Shown: positions 20,159 to 29,071, counted from the first letter of the whole stretch. The stretch is 61,929 nucleotides of DNA, filler included, from 4 parts of 4 records of this genome joined end to end with filler, not necessarily neighbours in it, one strand, 5' to 3'. Numbers and translations: made by a program. Notes: a model not told the origin generated them from the sequence alone.

Positions 20159-20722
20159 ATGTGGACCATTCCAAATATTATTACCATGATTCGAGTTTTA
20201 TTGATCCCTGTTTTTGTCATTGTGTATTTTTTAGATTGGAAATGGGCGCACCAAGCAGGCGCGTTTATTTTTTGGTTTGCCGCAATTACAGACTGGGTTG
20301 ATGGGTACTTAGCGCGAAAGTTAAAACAGACTACGCCCTTTGGCGCATTTTTAGATCCTGTGGCGGATAAACTCATCGTCGCGGCGGCCTTGTTACTGGT
20401 TACCCATTCATACGACAGTGTGTGGATCACCATACCAGCCATATTGCTTTTATCTAGAGAAATATATATTTCAGCTCTACGTGAGTGGATGGGCCAAATA
20501 GGTAAACAAGATATTGTTAAAGTCTCTTTTGCTGGTAAAGCCAAAACCATGGCACAAATGTTAGCACTCATCGGTTTATTGTCTGAAATGCAATATTTTA
20601 TGGGAATTCCAATTTATTGGGTGACTTTGGGTTATGGATTGTTATATTTAGCAGCAATTTTATCGCTGTGGTCTATGGTAATTTATACATTTGCCGCATG
20701 GAAAGAACTAAAGTCGAATTAA
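20159..20722 (+). CDS. pgsA: CDP-diacylglycerol--glycerol-3-phosphate 3-phosphatidyltransferase
   Basis: IPNIIT...DWVDGYLARK...GAFLDPVADK; uvrY-uvrC-pgsA-tRNA synteny. Confidence 0.96.
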   Translation: MWTIPNIITMIRVLLIPVFVIVYFLDWKWAHQAGAFIFWFAAITDWVDGYLARKLKQTTPFGAFLDPVADKLIVAAALLLVTHSYDSVWITIPAILLLSREIYISALREWMGQIGKQDIVKVSFAGKAKTMAQMLALIGLLSEMQYFMGIPIYWVTLGYGLLYLAAILSLWSMVIYTFAAWKELKSN

Positions 20723-20810
20723 ATTTTGTAAAATTAGGGCCTGTTTTGCATAAAATTAATACGTTTCTATCAAAATTTAAGCAGTCAGTTAAAAAACGAT
20801 ATTTTTGTGG

Positions 20811-20847
20811 TTGACAGTGAATACTTTGAAGGTAGAATGCACGCCAC
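20811..20847 (+). promoter_or_regulatory. Sigma70 stable-RNA promoter
   Basis: TTGACA (20811) - 16 bp - TAGAAT (20833), followed by GC-rich discriminator GCACGCCAC. Confidence 0.85.
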
Positions 20848-20923
20848 TGATTGAGGAGCAGCACACAACATTAGTTAACAAGTCAAAGCAGACTAGTTAA
20901 GTAAGTGCTTCAAATCAAACAAG

Positions 20924-20953
20924 GCGGGAATAGCTCAGTGGTAGAGCACAACC
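20924..20953 (+). tRNA. tRNA-Gly (probably GCC), 5' part, truncated by contig end
   Basis: GCGGGAATAGCTCAGTGGTAGAGCACAACC matches the tRNA-Gly acceptor and D-arm; usual position after pgsA; anticodon not visible. Confidence 0.88.
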
Positions 20954-21053
20954 NNNNNNNNNNNNNNNNNNNNNNNNNNNNNNNNNNNNNNNNNNNNTTA
21001 ATTAATTAANNNNNNNNNNNNNNNNNNNNNNNNNNNNNNNNNNNNNNNNNNNN
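20954..21053. other. Artificial contig spacer
   Basis: N44-TTAATTAATTAA-N44. Confidence 0.99.
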
Positions 21054-21080
21054 ACGAAAATCGACTTTTTTGACAGCCTC
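21054..21080. repeat. Possible terminal inverted repeat of an IS/MITE-like element
   Basis: GACTTTTTTGACAGCCTC at the contig edge resembles IS1182-type ends; partner arm not visible. Confidence 0.35.
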
Positions 21081-21152
21081 TTTTTATGTATTAATAGTAA
21101 AATTGATTTGAATCTCTAAAGGAGTTTCCTTAATAATAAAGAACCCTTGAAG

Positions 21153-22118
21153 CTAAATAATTCCTATTTCTTTTGAATGGGCGATGGCTTTATGGCTATC
21201 GCGAAAATAGCAGGTATAAGTACCCATGTCATTTAAGTTGGTTAAAACTGTTTGTATTTTTTCTTTCTCCTTTTTAGCGGTTTGTCGTATGTAAACTGCT
21301 TTTACATTTTGGGGAAATGTCTTACAGATACGCTCGTATATGTAAGCGTCTTGCTGAGAATCGTCTCCTAATAGGACATATTGCAAGTGAGGATAAAAAG
21401 AAATGATGTCTTTTATCTTGACAAATTTATGATCGTGGTCTCCTCTACCTGATTTAAGAAAATCAATAAGCTTGGTCTTGAGTTTTTTCAATTTTATTAC
21501 TCCTTTAGGTAATCCCTGTAATTGGATGAATTGATTTATAAAATCATACAGATTATATTCACTACTAGAGACGTAAAAAAAACTGTTGCTCGCTTGATCA
21601 CTATCCTGTCCTGAAAGGCTCAATTGCTGATAATGATCTACTACATCTTCAAACGTTTTACGTTTATCTATGTTTTTAGTCAACATCACATACAGTTTCT
21701 TAAAGATGTTAGCACTATGAGAAATCAAAAAGGTGTCGTCAATATCAGAGATGATCGTAAATTTACTTTTATAAGGTTTTAATAATTCACTGGTTTGTGT
21801 TACTCGTTTTCCGTAAGCTGCACACGTTACTTTATACTCATGCCAGCCACTTTTTAGCGAAGCTGTAAAAGGAATTGTAAATCTAAAATAGCCATCATCC
21901 ATCGTTTTGGTAGAAACCTCGATGTTTTTAAATAACAAAACCACTTCTATATTTGCAATAGGTTTTAACCGAAACAAATTCACCATATTATATGCATGGT
22001 GATACCCTTTTAGATTCCAGGCTATTTCTTTGGATGTACGATAGTTAAATACATGACCAAAAACGATAAGTTCTTCATCATTCGCATAGCCCCGGTATAA
22101 TTTTAAATTAATACTCAT
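21153..22118 (-). CDS. App1-family phosphatidate phosphatase (DUF2183)
   Basis: IISDIDDT, FYVSSS, HK and LLGDDSQQD HAD-like motifs; start set at MSINLKLYRG. Confidence 0.88.
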   Translation of the reverse strand: MSINLKLYRGYANDEELIVFGHVFNYRTSKEIAWNLKGYHHAYNMVNLFRLKPIANIEVVLLFKNIEVSTKTMDDGYFRFTIPFTASLKSGWHEYKVTCAAYGKRVTQTSELLKPYKSKFTIISDIDDTFLISHSANIFKKLYVMLTKNIDKRKTFEDVVDHYQQLSLSGQDSDQASNSFFYVSSSEYNLYDFINQFIQLQGLPKGVIKLKKLKTKLIDFLKSGRGDHDHKFVKIKDIISFYPHLQYVLLGDDSQQDAYIYERICKTFPQNVKAVYIRQTAKKEKEKIQTVLTNLNDMGTYTCYFRDSHKAIAHSKEIGII

Positions 22119-22182
22119 TTCTTGCGTTTTTCTTAACTCTAACCACTTCATAAATTAGCTAATTTTATATAAAATTCCCTAC

Positions 22183-23061
22183 ATGGATCCAAACATTAAG
22201 TCAATTTTAGCAGTCGTCAATCCTATTGCAGGAGGAAATGATAAATCCCAATTAATCCACACGCTAGAAGAGACAGCTACCAGAAAAGGATTTAAACTAC
22301 ACCTTTACAAAACAACCGGAAATAAGGATAAAGAAGCAATCCAAGAATTAATTACCCAAAATCATCCAGATCGTATTTTTGTTGCGGGTGGTGATGGCAC
22401 TATTAGTTTACTGGCTTCTATGATACAAGACACCTCAATACCTATTGCAGTTTTCCCAACAGGTTCAGCAAATGGTCTTGCCCTTAATCTTAACCTTCCT
22501 GAAGATTTAGAAGCACAAATTGAAGTGGGTTTAGGAGAACATTTTATCGATATGGATATGCTACAGCTGGGTGATCATCTTTGCTTACATATTGCAGATA
22601 TTGGTTTAAATGCTTCTCTTATCAAGAATTATGATAAGTCTAATATTAGAGGTTTTTTAGGTTATATGCTACAAAGCATTCCTACCATAGCGCAAGAAGA
22701 TTATCCCTACCAGTTTAAAATTGAGGCAAACGGTGAAACCTTTATACACGAAGGCATTATGCTAGCCATTGCTAACGCCGAAAAATTTGGTACTGGTGCT
22801 ACCATAAATCCTGGTGCCCAAATGGACGATGGTCTTTTTGAAATACTTGTATTTAAAAACCTAAATGCAATAGAAATAGCACGTTCTATCTATGACAAAG
22901 TCGATCTTAATTCAGATTTTGTAGCGTGCATAAAAACCCGTACGGCACACATTAGTTCTGATGTTGCAATAGACTTTCAGATTGATGGAGAATGTATGGG
23001 TAAAACGCAGCATATTACGGCCACCCTATGTAAATCAAAGCTTAAAATTGCTATTCCTTAA
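22183..23061 (+). CDS. Diacylglycerol/lipid kinase family protein (YegS/BmrU-like)
   Basis: VNPIAG, AGGDGT, PTGSANG, DDG and QIDGE motifs. Confidence 0.92.
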   Translation: MDPNIKSILAVVNPIAGGNDKSQLIHTLEETATRKGFKLHLYKTTGNKDKEAIQELITQNHPDRIFVAGGDGTISLLASMIQDTSIPIAVFPTGSANGLALNLNLPEDLEAQIEVGLGEHFIDMDMLQLGDHLCLHIADIGLNASLIKNYDKSNIRGFLGYMLQSIPTIAQEDYPYQFKIEANGETFIHEGIMLAIANAEKFGTGATINPGAQMDDGLFEILVFKNLNAIEIARSIYDKVDLNSDFVACIKTRTAHISSDVAIDFQIDGECMGKTQHITATLCKSKLKIAIP

Positions 23062-23103
23062 TAAAAAGTTTCTATTTTAAACTTTACTAATATGTAGATT
23101 ATA

Positions 23104-23592
23104 ATGGGTTTAAAGTCTGAAAAATTTAATGTACTTGTTTTAGGAACACATTCAATACATATTCCTGAAAAACATATACTACCCTTTATTGAAGCAGGTC
23201 ATACGCGCGTGAAAGTAGCAGCTACTCACGATAAAAAAACCATTATTATATATGCGGCAGTCAGGCTCTACAAAGGTATCTATCACATGATGTTTAGTAA
23301 ACGGAATCAAGATCTATTAGATCTTTTACCTGACCAATCGTTTACACTGCAATTTTTTGAAAATGACATGAAATATGGTGTTCCGGTTCCCGAAGAACTC
23401 GAGACGGTATTATTAAGTGCTTATGATGCCTACACTTTATTTGAAACGCTTCGAGAAGGTTTTCAACGTAGTATTATTTATACCATAACCCGCTTTAAAG
23501 ACAGTCAGAAACGCATTGATGTATCGCTCACGCTATGCGAAAACCTTAAAAGAGGCATCCGCGACCGTAAATTAATTTTAAAAGCATTATAA
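23104..23592 (+). CDS. YdeI/OmpD-associated family protein (DUF1905-like N-terminus)
   Basis: YGVPVPEELE...FETLREGFQRSIIY...QKRI C-terminal pattern. Confidence 0.7.
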   Translation: MGLKSEKFNVLVLGTHSIHIPEKHILPFIEAGHTRVKVAATHDKKTIIIYAAVRLYKGIYHMMFSKRNQDLLDLLPDQSFTLQFFENDMKYGVPVPEELETVLLSAYDAYTLFETLREGFQRSIIYTITRFKDSQKRIDVSLTLCENLKRGIRDRKLILKAL

Positions 23593-23712
23593 ATGAGCTC
23601 TATAGTGCTGTTTTATTGCAATTTATTTAAGATGTTAAGCTATTGATAATTGTTTGGTAACCCCTAAACTTCTTTATAATTTCATACCAACTAAACTTTA
23701 AAACTAGAACCC

Positions 23713-24300
23713 ATGAAAAATAAAATAGTATTACTCACCTTATTCCTTAGTATCAGCTTTATAGGTTGTAAAAAGAAAACAACCACAGAAAAAGTTACTG
23801 AGATAGAAGAAGTAGAAGAAACAACAGCGATGGAACCTATGGCTGCTGAAAAGAAAATAACAGTAACAATGCAACCCAAAAGTGACAGTAAAGCTGGCGG
23901 AAGCATTGTTTTTAAAGAAGAAGATGGCGTTGTTAAAATGACCGCTATTTTTGACGGACTTGAAGAAGGAACCCATGCAATTCATTTACATGAAACCGCA
24001 GATTGCTCTTCAGAAGATGGCACCTCTAGCGGTGGTCACTGGAATCCAACAGCTGCACCTCACGGAAAATGGGGAGATTCAACAGGATATCACAGAGGTG
24101 ATATAGGCAATTTTGAAGTTGATGCAAATGGCAATGGAACCATAAATTTCTCAACTGACGAATGGTGTATAAGCTGTGCAGATACTACAAAAAACATCGT
24201 AGGTCGTGCAGTAATCGTACATCAAGGTACAGATGATTTTACTTCTCAACCTAGTGGAGCAGCAGGAAAACGCGTTCTATGTGGAGAAATTACAGAATAA
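23713..24300 (+). CDS. sodC: Cu/Zn superoxide dismutase, lipoprotein
   Basis: Lipobox FIGC; HAIHLHE, GGHWNP, PHG, HRGDIGN, VIVH and AGKRVLCG motifs. Confidence 0.93.
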   Translation: MKNKIVLLTLFLSISFIGCKKKTTTEKVTEIEEVEETTAMEPMAAEKKITVTMQPKSDSKAGGSIVFKEEDGVVKMTAIFDGLEEGTHAIHLHETADCSSEDGTSSGGHWNPTAAPHGKWGDSTGYHRGDIGNFEVDANGNGTINFSTDEWCISCADTTKNIVGRAVIVHQGTDDFTSQPSGAAGKRVLCGEITE

Positions 24301-24332
24301 AACTTTTTTTATAATCTGTAAACATTTCTTTT

Positions 24333-24365
24333 TGTGGTTTTAGACTGAACTAGTTTAAAACCACA
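24333..24365 (+). terminator. Putative terminator after sodC
   Basis: TGTGGTTTTAGACT...AGTTTAAAACCACA followed by TTTTT. Confidence 0.55.
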
Positions 24366-24391
24366 TTTTTATAATTAACCTAAAAATATTT

Positions 24392-24925
24392 ATGCAGCCA
24401 GATGATCTGATTATACGTCTACAGCAAAAGGATGAAGTAGCACTAGAGCGTCTTTATACTATGTATTCTGAAAGTATTTTTGGAGTTATTAATACAATTT
24501 TGCGAGACGATTCAGTATCAGAAGAAGTGCTTCAAGATGTTTTTATAAAGGTCTGGAATCACAGTTCTTCCTATTCTTCTGATAAAGGAAGATTTTTTAC
24601 ATGGATCTTAAATATCGCCCGTAATGCTGCGATTGATAAAACAAGATCTAAAGACTTTAAAAATCAAAAAAGAAACCTTCCTGGGGATTTATTCGTAGAT
24701 ATAATTGAAAGTAAAACTAGTTTTTCTAGTAAGATTGATGCGATAGGTATAAAAAAATACATCAGTATTTTAAAACCAGTATGCAAAGAACTTATTCAGT
24801 TACTTTTTTTTAAAGGATATACCCAAAAGGAAACTTCAGAGGCACTAGGAATGCCTCTTGGCACGGTAAAGACCCGTAACCGGATGTGCATTAAAGAATT
24901 AAGAAAAATTTTATTTGCGGGCTAA
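24392..24925 (+). CDS. ECF RNA polymerase sigma factor (SigK-like)
   Basis: EEVLQDVFIKVW, FFTWILNIARNAAID and PLGTVKTR motifs. Confidence 0.94.
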   Translation: MQPDDLIIRLQQKDEVALERLYTMYSESIFGVINTILRDDSVSEEVLQDVFIKVWNHSSSYSSDKGRFFTWILNIARNAAIDKTRSKDFKNQKRNLPGDLFVDIIESKTSFSSKIDAIGIKKYISILKPVCKELIQLLFFKGYTQKETSEALGMPLGTVKTRNRMCIKELRKILFAG

Positions 24926-25722
24926 TGGATATAGAAGAATATATAGAATCAGGTATATTAGAACTCTATGTTTATGGAGCGTTGACAGCTACAGAAAATG
25001 AAGAGGTCTCTGCCTTTTTAAAACAACACCCAGAAGTACAAAAAGAGGTAGAAGAGATAGAAGAAGCTCTTATACAACTCGCTGCTGGAACAGCTTCCTA
25101 TAACCCATCTGCACTATATCAAGCTATTAAATTAAAATTAGGCACTCCAAATAAGGAGGTAAAAACATTAAAACCCACTCAAAAAACTCCTCTAATAGTA
25201 TGGCTAAGTCTTGCAGCATCTTTTGCATTATTAATAGGGCTATTTACTCTTTTCTCTAAAAACAAGGAACTAAAAGAGCAATTAGAAGTTGTTGAAGCTG
25301 CTCGTGATGCTGCCGAAAATGATGTGCAATTTGCCCAAAATGAGCTTGAAAGCACACAAGAAATGCTCAGTCTCTTAAGAAGTAAAGATCTCAAAAAAGT
25401 ATTACTTTCTGGTCAACAAGTGGCTCCAGAAGCCTATGCCAATGTATATTGGGATCAAGAAGATAATTTAACTTACATAGACGCGATGGGACTTCCAGAA
25501 CCACCTGAGGGAAAAGTTTATCAAGTCTGGTCTCTTAAATTAAATCCGTTAACACCCAGTAGCATAGGTCTATTAGAAGACTTTAAATCTGATGAGGATA
25601 AAATTTTTAAACTTGAAAATACCAATAGTTCTGAAGCCTTTGGTATCACATTAGAACCTGCTGGAGGAAGTGCAACTCCAACCATGGAACAACTCTATAC
25701 CTTAGGAGCCGTAGGTGTTTAA
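24925..25722 (+). CDS. RskA-family anti-sigma factor
   Basis: YIESGILELYV N-terminus, single TM, coiled coil, GKVYQVW and FGITLEPAGGS; TAATG coupling to the sigma gene. Confidence 0.92.
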   Translation: MDIEEYIESGILELYVYGALTATENEEVSAFLKQHPEVQKEVEEIEEALIQLAAGTASYNPSALYQAIKLKLGTPNKEVKTLKPTQKTPLIVWLSLAASFALLIGLFTLFSKNKELKEQLEVVEAARDAAENDVQFAQNELESTQEMLSLLRSKDLKKVLLSGQQVAPEAYANVYWDQEDNLTYIDAMGLPEPPEGKVYQVWSLKLNPLTPSSIGLLEDFKSDEDKIFKLENTNSSEAFGITLEPAGGSATPTMEQLYTLGAVGV

Positions 25723-25723
25723 T

Positions 25724-25755
25724 AAAAAACCGCCTACATCAAGATGTAGGCGGTT
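25724..25755 (-). terminator. Intrinsic terminator with U-tract on the minus strand
   Basis: AACCGCCTACATC-aa-GATGTAGGCGGTT; A6 on the left side only. Confidence 0.85.
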
Positions 25756-25866
25756 CTAAACAACCAACAAAAAACTAAAACTAACTAACCAACTAAAACA
25801 TAATCTTCTTCTTCAAACTGAAACAACTCATTTCCCTAGTGCAGCTTTATGATGGCCATTCATCAT
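25724..25866 (-). ncRNA. Candidate small RNA (~140 nt)
   Basis: Minus-strand AAACC-N16-CGTA promoter-like motif, 5' hairpin, UG-rich tract and minus-oriented terminator, with no sizeable ORF. Confidence 0.55.
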
Positions 25867-25870
25867 TATT

Positions 25871-25895
25871 TACGATAAAAGCGTATTGCTGGTTT
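25871..25895 (-). promoter_or_regulatory. ECF-sigma-type promoter
   Basis: Minus strand AAACC-agcaatacgcttttat-CGTA fits the general ECF AAC...CGT architecture. Confidence 0.5.
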
Positions 25896-26001
25896 TCTAA
25901 AACCATATTTTCTTTTGTTTATAAATGTTAAATAAGTAATTACTTATAATCTTATTTAAAAAGGTAAATTTATTTCCTAAAATAGCCCCATACAAAAACT
26001 C

Positions 26002-27192
26002 ATGAATCCCTCTACTTCAGGCTGGATAGATAAGCAATTACACTTATTGGAGCAAGATCCATATCTGTTTACCATAAATGAGGAAGCTTTTTATGAACAG
26101 TTATTAGATGCTGGATTTATTTATGGTATTCCTGCACTATCTATATTTGATGTTGATAATACAGCTATATACTGGACAGAAAATGAGATTGCCAAAGTAA
26201 ATTTATTGAATGCCTTAGCTTTTGTATACTATAAACAAAACAAAGACTTAACTAATCTCTCTTCTACTCTTTTAACCTTTTACAGCAAATTAAAAATTGT
26301 TTCAAAAGGTCTTTTTTTTAAAGAATTAACGAGTGACAGTTTAAATATCAAACTGGAAAAAGTTATTCGGGCACGGGTACAAACTAACGAGTCTGTGCTT
26401 GAAAAGCAGTTTAGCCACCTTATCACTAATGCTTTTCTCTATATAGATGTACTGGTATTTAAACACTACCTAACGGAAAAAAAAGAGCCGCTAACGTATG
26501 CTAAACAACTTGAAGAAATTCTGATGAATACCATCTGGATGGCACTTAATCAAAAAATGAGTAAAGGGGAATATGACTATCTTCTGGTGAAGATATTTGA
26601 AAAATCGTTGAGTTATTCTAAAAATTTGATACCATCTAGTTTTGAAATAAGTGGGCTTCCGCTAACCAGCATTACAGATTATTTCACAAAAAGGTACCTG
26701 TTAGATTTATGCAGTATTGCCGTCTATGATGATGCTACTATAGACCAAAATGAAAGACGTTTTATTACAGCATTAACAGTCGCATTAGAGCTAGACCCAA
26801 AGATGGTAGAAAAATCGCTTCAAAAGATCATCAATTTTGTTGCTATACATAAAGAGAATATCCCTTATTTTAATTACAGTAATCCTGTTCAACAGTTTTA
26901 TACCCAAACGCATAAAAATGTGCGCTTTTTAATTCTGAAAAATAAAAAACGTCTGGTTAAAGAACTTTCAGAAAGTAAGGACCTGTTGCAGCTTTTGCGT
27001 AAATCTACTTTTGAAGAATTAAGTATAGAAGAGCGTAAACGGGTAAAAGAACAATTGCTTGATATCTGTAAAAGTGTACCCTCTCTTGCTATCTTTTTAT
27101 TACCTGGTGGTGGATTACTCCTGCCTTTACTCGTCAAATTTATTCCCGAGTTATTGCCGAGTGCTTTTCAAGAAAACAAGATTAAAAAATAG
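26002..27192 (+). CDS. LETM1-related protein with TerB-like middle domain
   Basis: MNPSTSGWI N-terminus; DATIDQNERRFI...LEL; C-terminal KEQLLDICKSVPSLAIFLLPGGGLLLPLLVKFIPELLPSAF. Confidence 0.82.
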   Translation: MNPSTSGWIDKQLHLLEQDPYLFTINEEAFYEQLLDAGFIYGIPALSIFDVDNTAIYWTENEIAKVNLLNALAFVYYKQNKDLTNLSSTLLTFYSKLKIVSKGLFFKELTSDSLNIKLEKVIRARVQTNESVLEKQFSHLITNAFLYIDVLVFKHYLTEKKEPLTYAKQLEEILMNTIWMALNQKMSKGEYDYLLVKIFEKSLSYSKNLIPSSFEISGLPLTSITDYFTKRYLLDLCSIAVYDDATIDQNERRFITALTVALELDPKMVEKSLQKIINFVAIHKENIPYFNYSNPVQQFYTQTHKNVRFLILKNKKRLVKELSESKDLLQLLRKSTFEELSIEERKRVKEQLLDICKSVPSLAIFLLPGGGLLLPLLVKFIPELLPSAFQENKIKK

Positions 27193-27951
27193 TTATTCTA
27201 ACCAAAGCTTAAAGTCTTTAACGCGCTCTCTACTAACAATTACCTCTTGCGCTTTATAACTTTGTAATTTTATTTGAAGACGTGAATTGGTATAAGCGAT
27301 TATGTCTTGAATTGCGTCTATATTAATGTAATATTTTCTACTTATACGGAAAAATTTAGCAGGAGCTAATTCTTCTTCCAGATTTTCTAAGGTGGTGTCT
27401 AATAAATAATCTCTTCCTTCAAAGGTATGGGCATAAGTCCCTTTGTTTTCGCTATAAAAACAAGCCACCTCATCTGTATTTACCATTTTGATATGTTGTC
27501 CTATTTTGACCGTAAATCGCTTTTTATAGTCACGGTCTACAGGGGTTACTCCTAATAGTTTTTTGATGTCATCAAAATTGAGTTGTACCGGTTGGGCTTT
27601 GGGAATGCGCTTTTGGTATTTATGTACCGCTTCTTCCAATTCTTCTTCATCTATTGGTTTTAGTAAATAATCAATACTATTTAATTTAAAAGCCTGTAGG
27701 GCATATTCATCAAAGGCAGTTGTAAAAATAATAGCACTTGTTATATCAACTCGATCAAAGATTTCAAATGAAAGTCCGTCACTAAGCTGAATATCCAGAA
27801 AAATGAGATCAGGATGCTCATGTGTTTGAAACCATACAATCGCATCTTCTACAGAATGTAACATTTCACTTACAGAAACACCTAATTTATCAAGCATACG
27901 CACCAGTCTCCTTGCTGCAGGCTTCTCATCTTCTATAACAATAACATTCAT
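27193..27951 (-). CDS. LytR/AlgR (LytTR) family response regulator
   Basis: IEDE, FLDIQLSDG and DYLLKP receiver motifs; FFRISRKY and VSRERV LytTR motifs. Confidence 0.95.
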   Translation of the reverse strand: MNVIVIEDEKPAARRLVRMLDKLGVSVSEMLHSVEDAIVWFQTHEHPDLIFLDIQLSDGLSFEIFDRVDITSAIIFTTAFDEYALQAFKLNSIDYLLKPIDEEELEEAVHKYQKRIPKAQPVQLNFDDIKKLLGVTPVDRDYKKRFTVKIGQHIKMVNTDEVACFYSENKGTYAHTFEGRDYLLDTTLENLEEELAPAKFFRISRKYYINIDAIQDIIAYTNSRLQIKLQSYKAQEVIVSRERVKDFKLWLE

Positions 27952-27967
27952 TATATATATGTGTGTA

Positions 27968-28303
27968 TTAAAGCTTATTACTTTTTGTTATCTCGTGTTG
28001 TCTAGAATGCTCTTTTTCTATGTATTCGTTTATCTTACGCTCTTCCCAGTGTTTTAACATAGCCGGTAATCCTTTTCCTTTAAACACATATAACCAATGA
28101 AAAAATACTGCTGTACCCCAAGTTATGGGTGAAATAAAAATGGGCCATTTAGGATGTCCTATTTGTAATCCTGGAGGGATGATATCAAAACATAGTAAAA
28201 AATAAAGTGTATTAATTATAATATAGATGGTGAGATGAATATAACAACCTTTAATCTGTTTTACTTTTTCTACTGCTTTTTTATATTTTACTTCCTCTTT
28301 CAT
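27968..28303 (-). CDS. 2TM domain protein
   Basis: YKKAVEKVKQIKG.YIHL...WG...FHW...WEERKI. Confidence 0.85.
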   Translation of the reverse strand: MKEEVKYKKAVEKVKQIKGCYIHLTIYIIINTLYFLLCFDIIPPGLQIGHPKWPIFISPITWGTAVFFHWLYVFKGKGLPAMLKHWEERKINEYIEKEHSRQHEITKSNKL

Positions 28304-28312
28304 TAGATAAAA

Positions 28313-28633
28313 TTATTCGAGATGGTGATTTTCATTATTCATAAACTCTTTTATTTTGCGATCCTCCCAGCGTTTTATACCCTGTTGTATTCTATAAATT
28401 TTTTTAAAGGCATATAACCAGTGAATAAATAAGCCTATTCCCCAACCTAATACCATTACTAATAATGACAAATCTGGAATGTATTTACTGATGTAACCAT
28501 TATCAAAAAGACCTAAAATAAATAGCGTGAAAATCACACAAGCTGTTAAATAGACATATAAATGCTCATACCAATCCTTCATTTTCTTGACCTCATCATG
28601 AGCTTTCTCATAAGTAGACTTTTCGGTTTTCAT
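28313..28633 (-). CDS. 2TM domain protein
   Basis: YEKAHDEVKKMKDWYEHL...GWGIGLFIHW...WEDRKIKEFM; start set at MKTEKS. Confidence 0.85.
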   Translation of the reverse strand: MKTEKSTYEKAHDEVKKMKDWYEHLYVYLTACVIFTLFILGLFDNGYISKYIPDLSLLVMVLGWGIGLFIHWLYAFKKIYRIQQGIKRWEDRKIKEFMNNENHHLE

Positions 28634-28641
28634 AGCTAGGC

Positions 28642-28956
28642 TTATTCCCATCTTCCAAAAGAGCTTTTATTACGCTCTTCCTTATCCATGAATTCTTTAA
28701 TTTTTCTTTCTTCCCAATCTTTATTTGCCCAAGGGGTCCAATCAAATGCTTTTGCAGCTTGAAAAACTATACCTATTCCCCAGCCCAATGCAGCCCAAAG
28801 AAACCACGGATGATTCCACTCATCAGTATAATAATTAATGGCTCCTAAAAAGGTTATAAAAACCAAATAGCTCATAAGGCCTGTATAAAATTTACGGATT
28901 TCTGCAACTTTTTCTTTAGCTTTTAAATACTTGTGGTCTTTCTCAAAATCTTCCAT
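28642..28956 (-). CDS. 2TM domain protein
   Basis: YLKAKEKVAEIRKFY...PWFLWAALGWGIG...WEERKIKEFM. Confidence 0.87.
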   Translation of the reverse strand: MEDFEKDHKYLKAKEKVAEIRKFYTGLMSYLVFITFLGAINYYTDEWNHPWFLWAALGWGIGIVFQAAKAFDWTPWANKDWEERKIKEFMDKEERNKSSFGRWE

Positions 28957-28990
28957 AATATTTATATTTTTATTGATTAATCTTCTGGCA

Positions 28991-29061
28991 CAAAGATGAT
29001 AACATAAAATTATTCACGCCAATATAAATAGCTAAACTGTAGTATTTAATGGCTGAATTGT
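28991..29061 (-). promoter_or_regulatory. LytTR-type direct repeats and weak -7 box (internal promoter)
   Basis: Minus-strand ACAATTCAGC (29061-29052) and ACAGTTTAGC (29040-29031), 21-bp period; CATCTTTG at 28998-28991. Confidence 0.75.
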
Positions 29062-29071
29062 TATGTCAAAT

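Noticed and set aside
20924-21080. Mobile element integrated at tRNA-Gly
   Set aside because: The tRNA and the IS-like end are on different contigs from different phyla; adjacency is artificial
25757-25800. AAC/AACT repeats as a CRISPR array or microsatellite
   Set aside because: No constant unit or spacers; better explained as the seed tract of a minus-strand RNA. No CRISPR array or cas gene was seen anywhere in the window.
25828-25866. Minus-strand mini-ORF MMNGHHKAALGK*
   Set aside because: Only 12 codons, starts at the predicted TSS inside a hairpin, no supporting evidence; cannot be fully excluded
27968-28956. 2TM genes as CBASS/Pycsar-type membrane effectors
   Set aside because: No cyclase or nucleotide-sensor domain; motifs match the kinase-associated 2TM family
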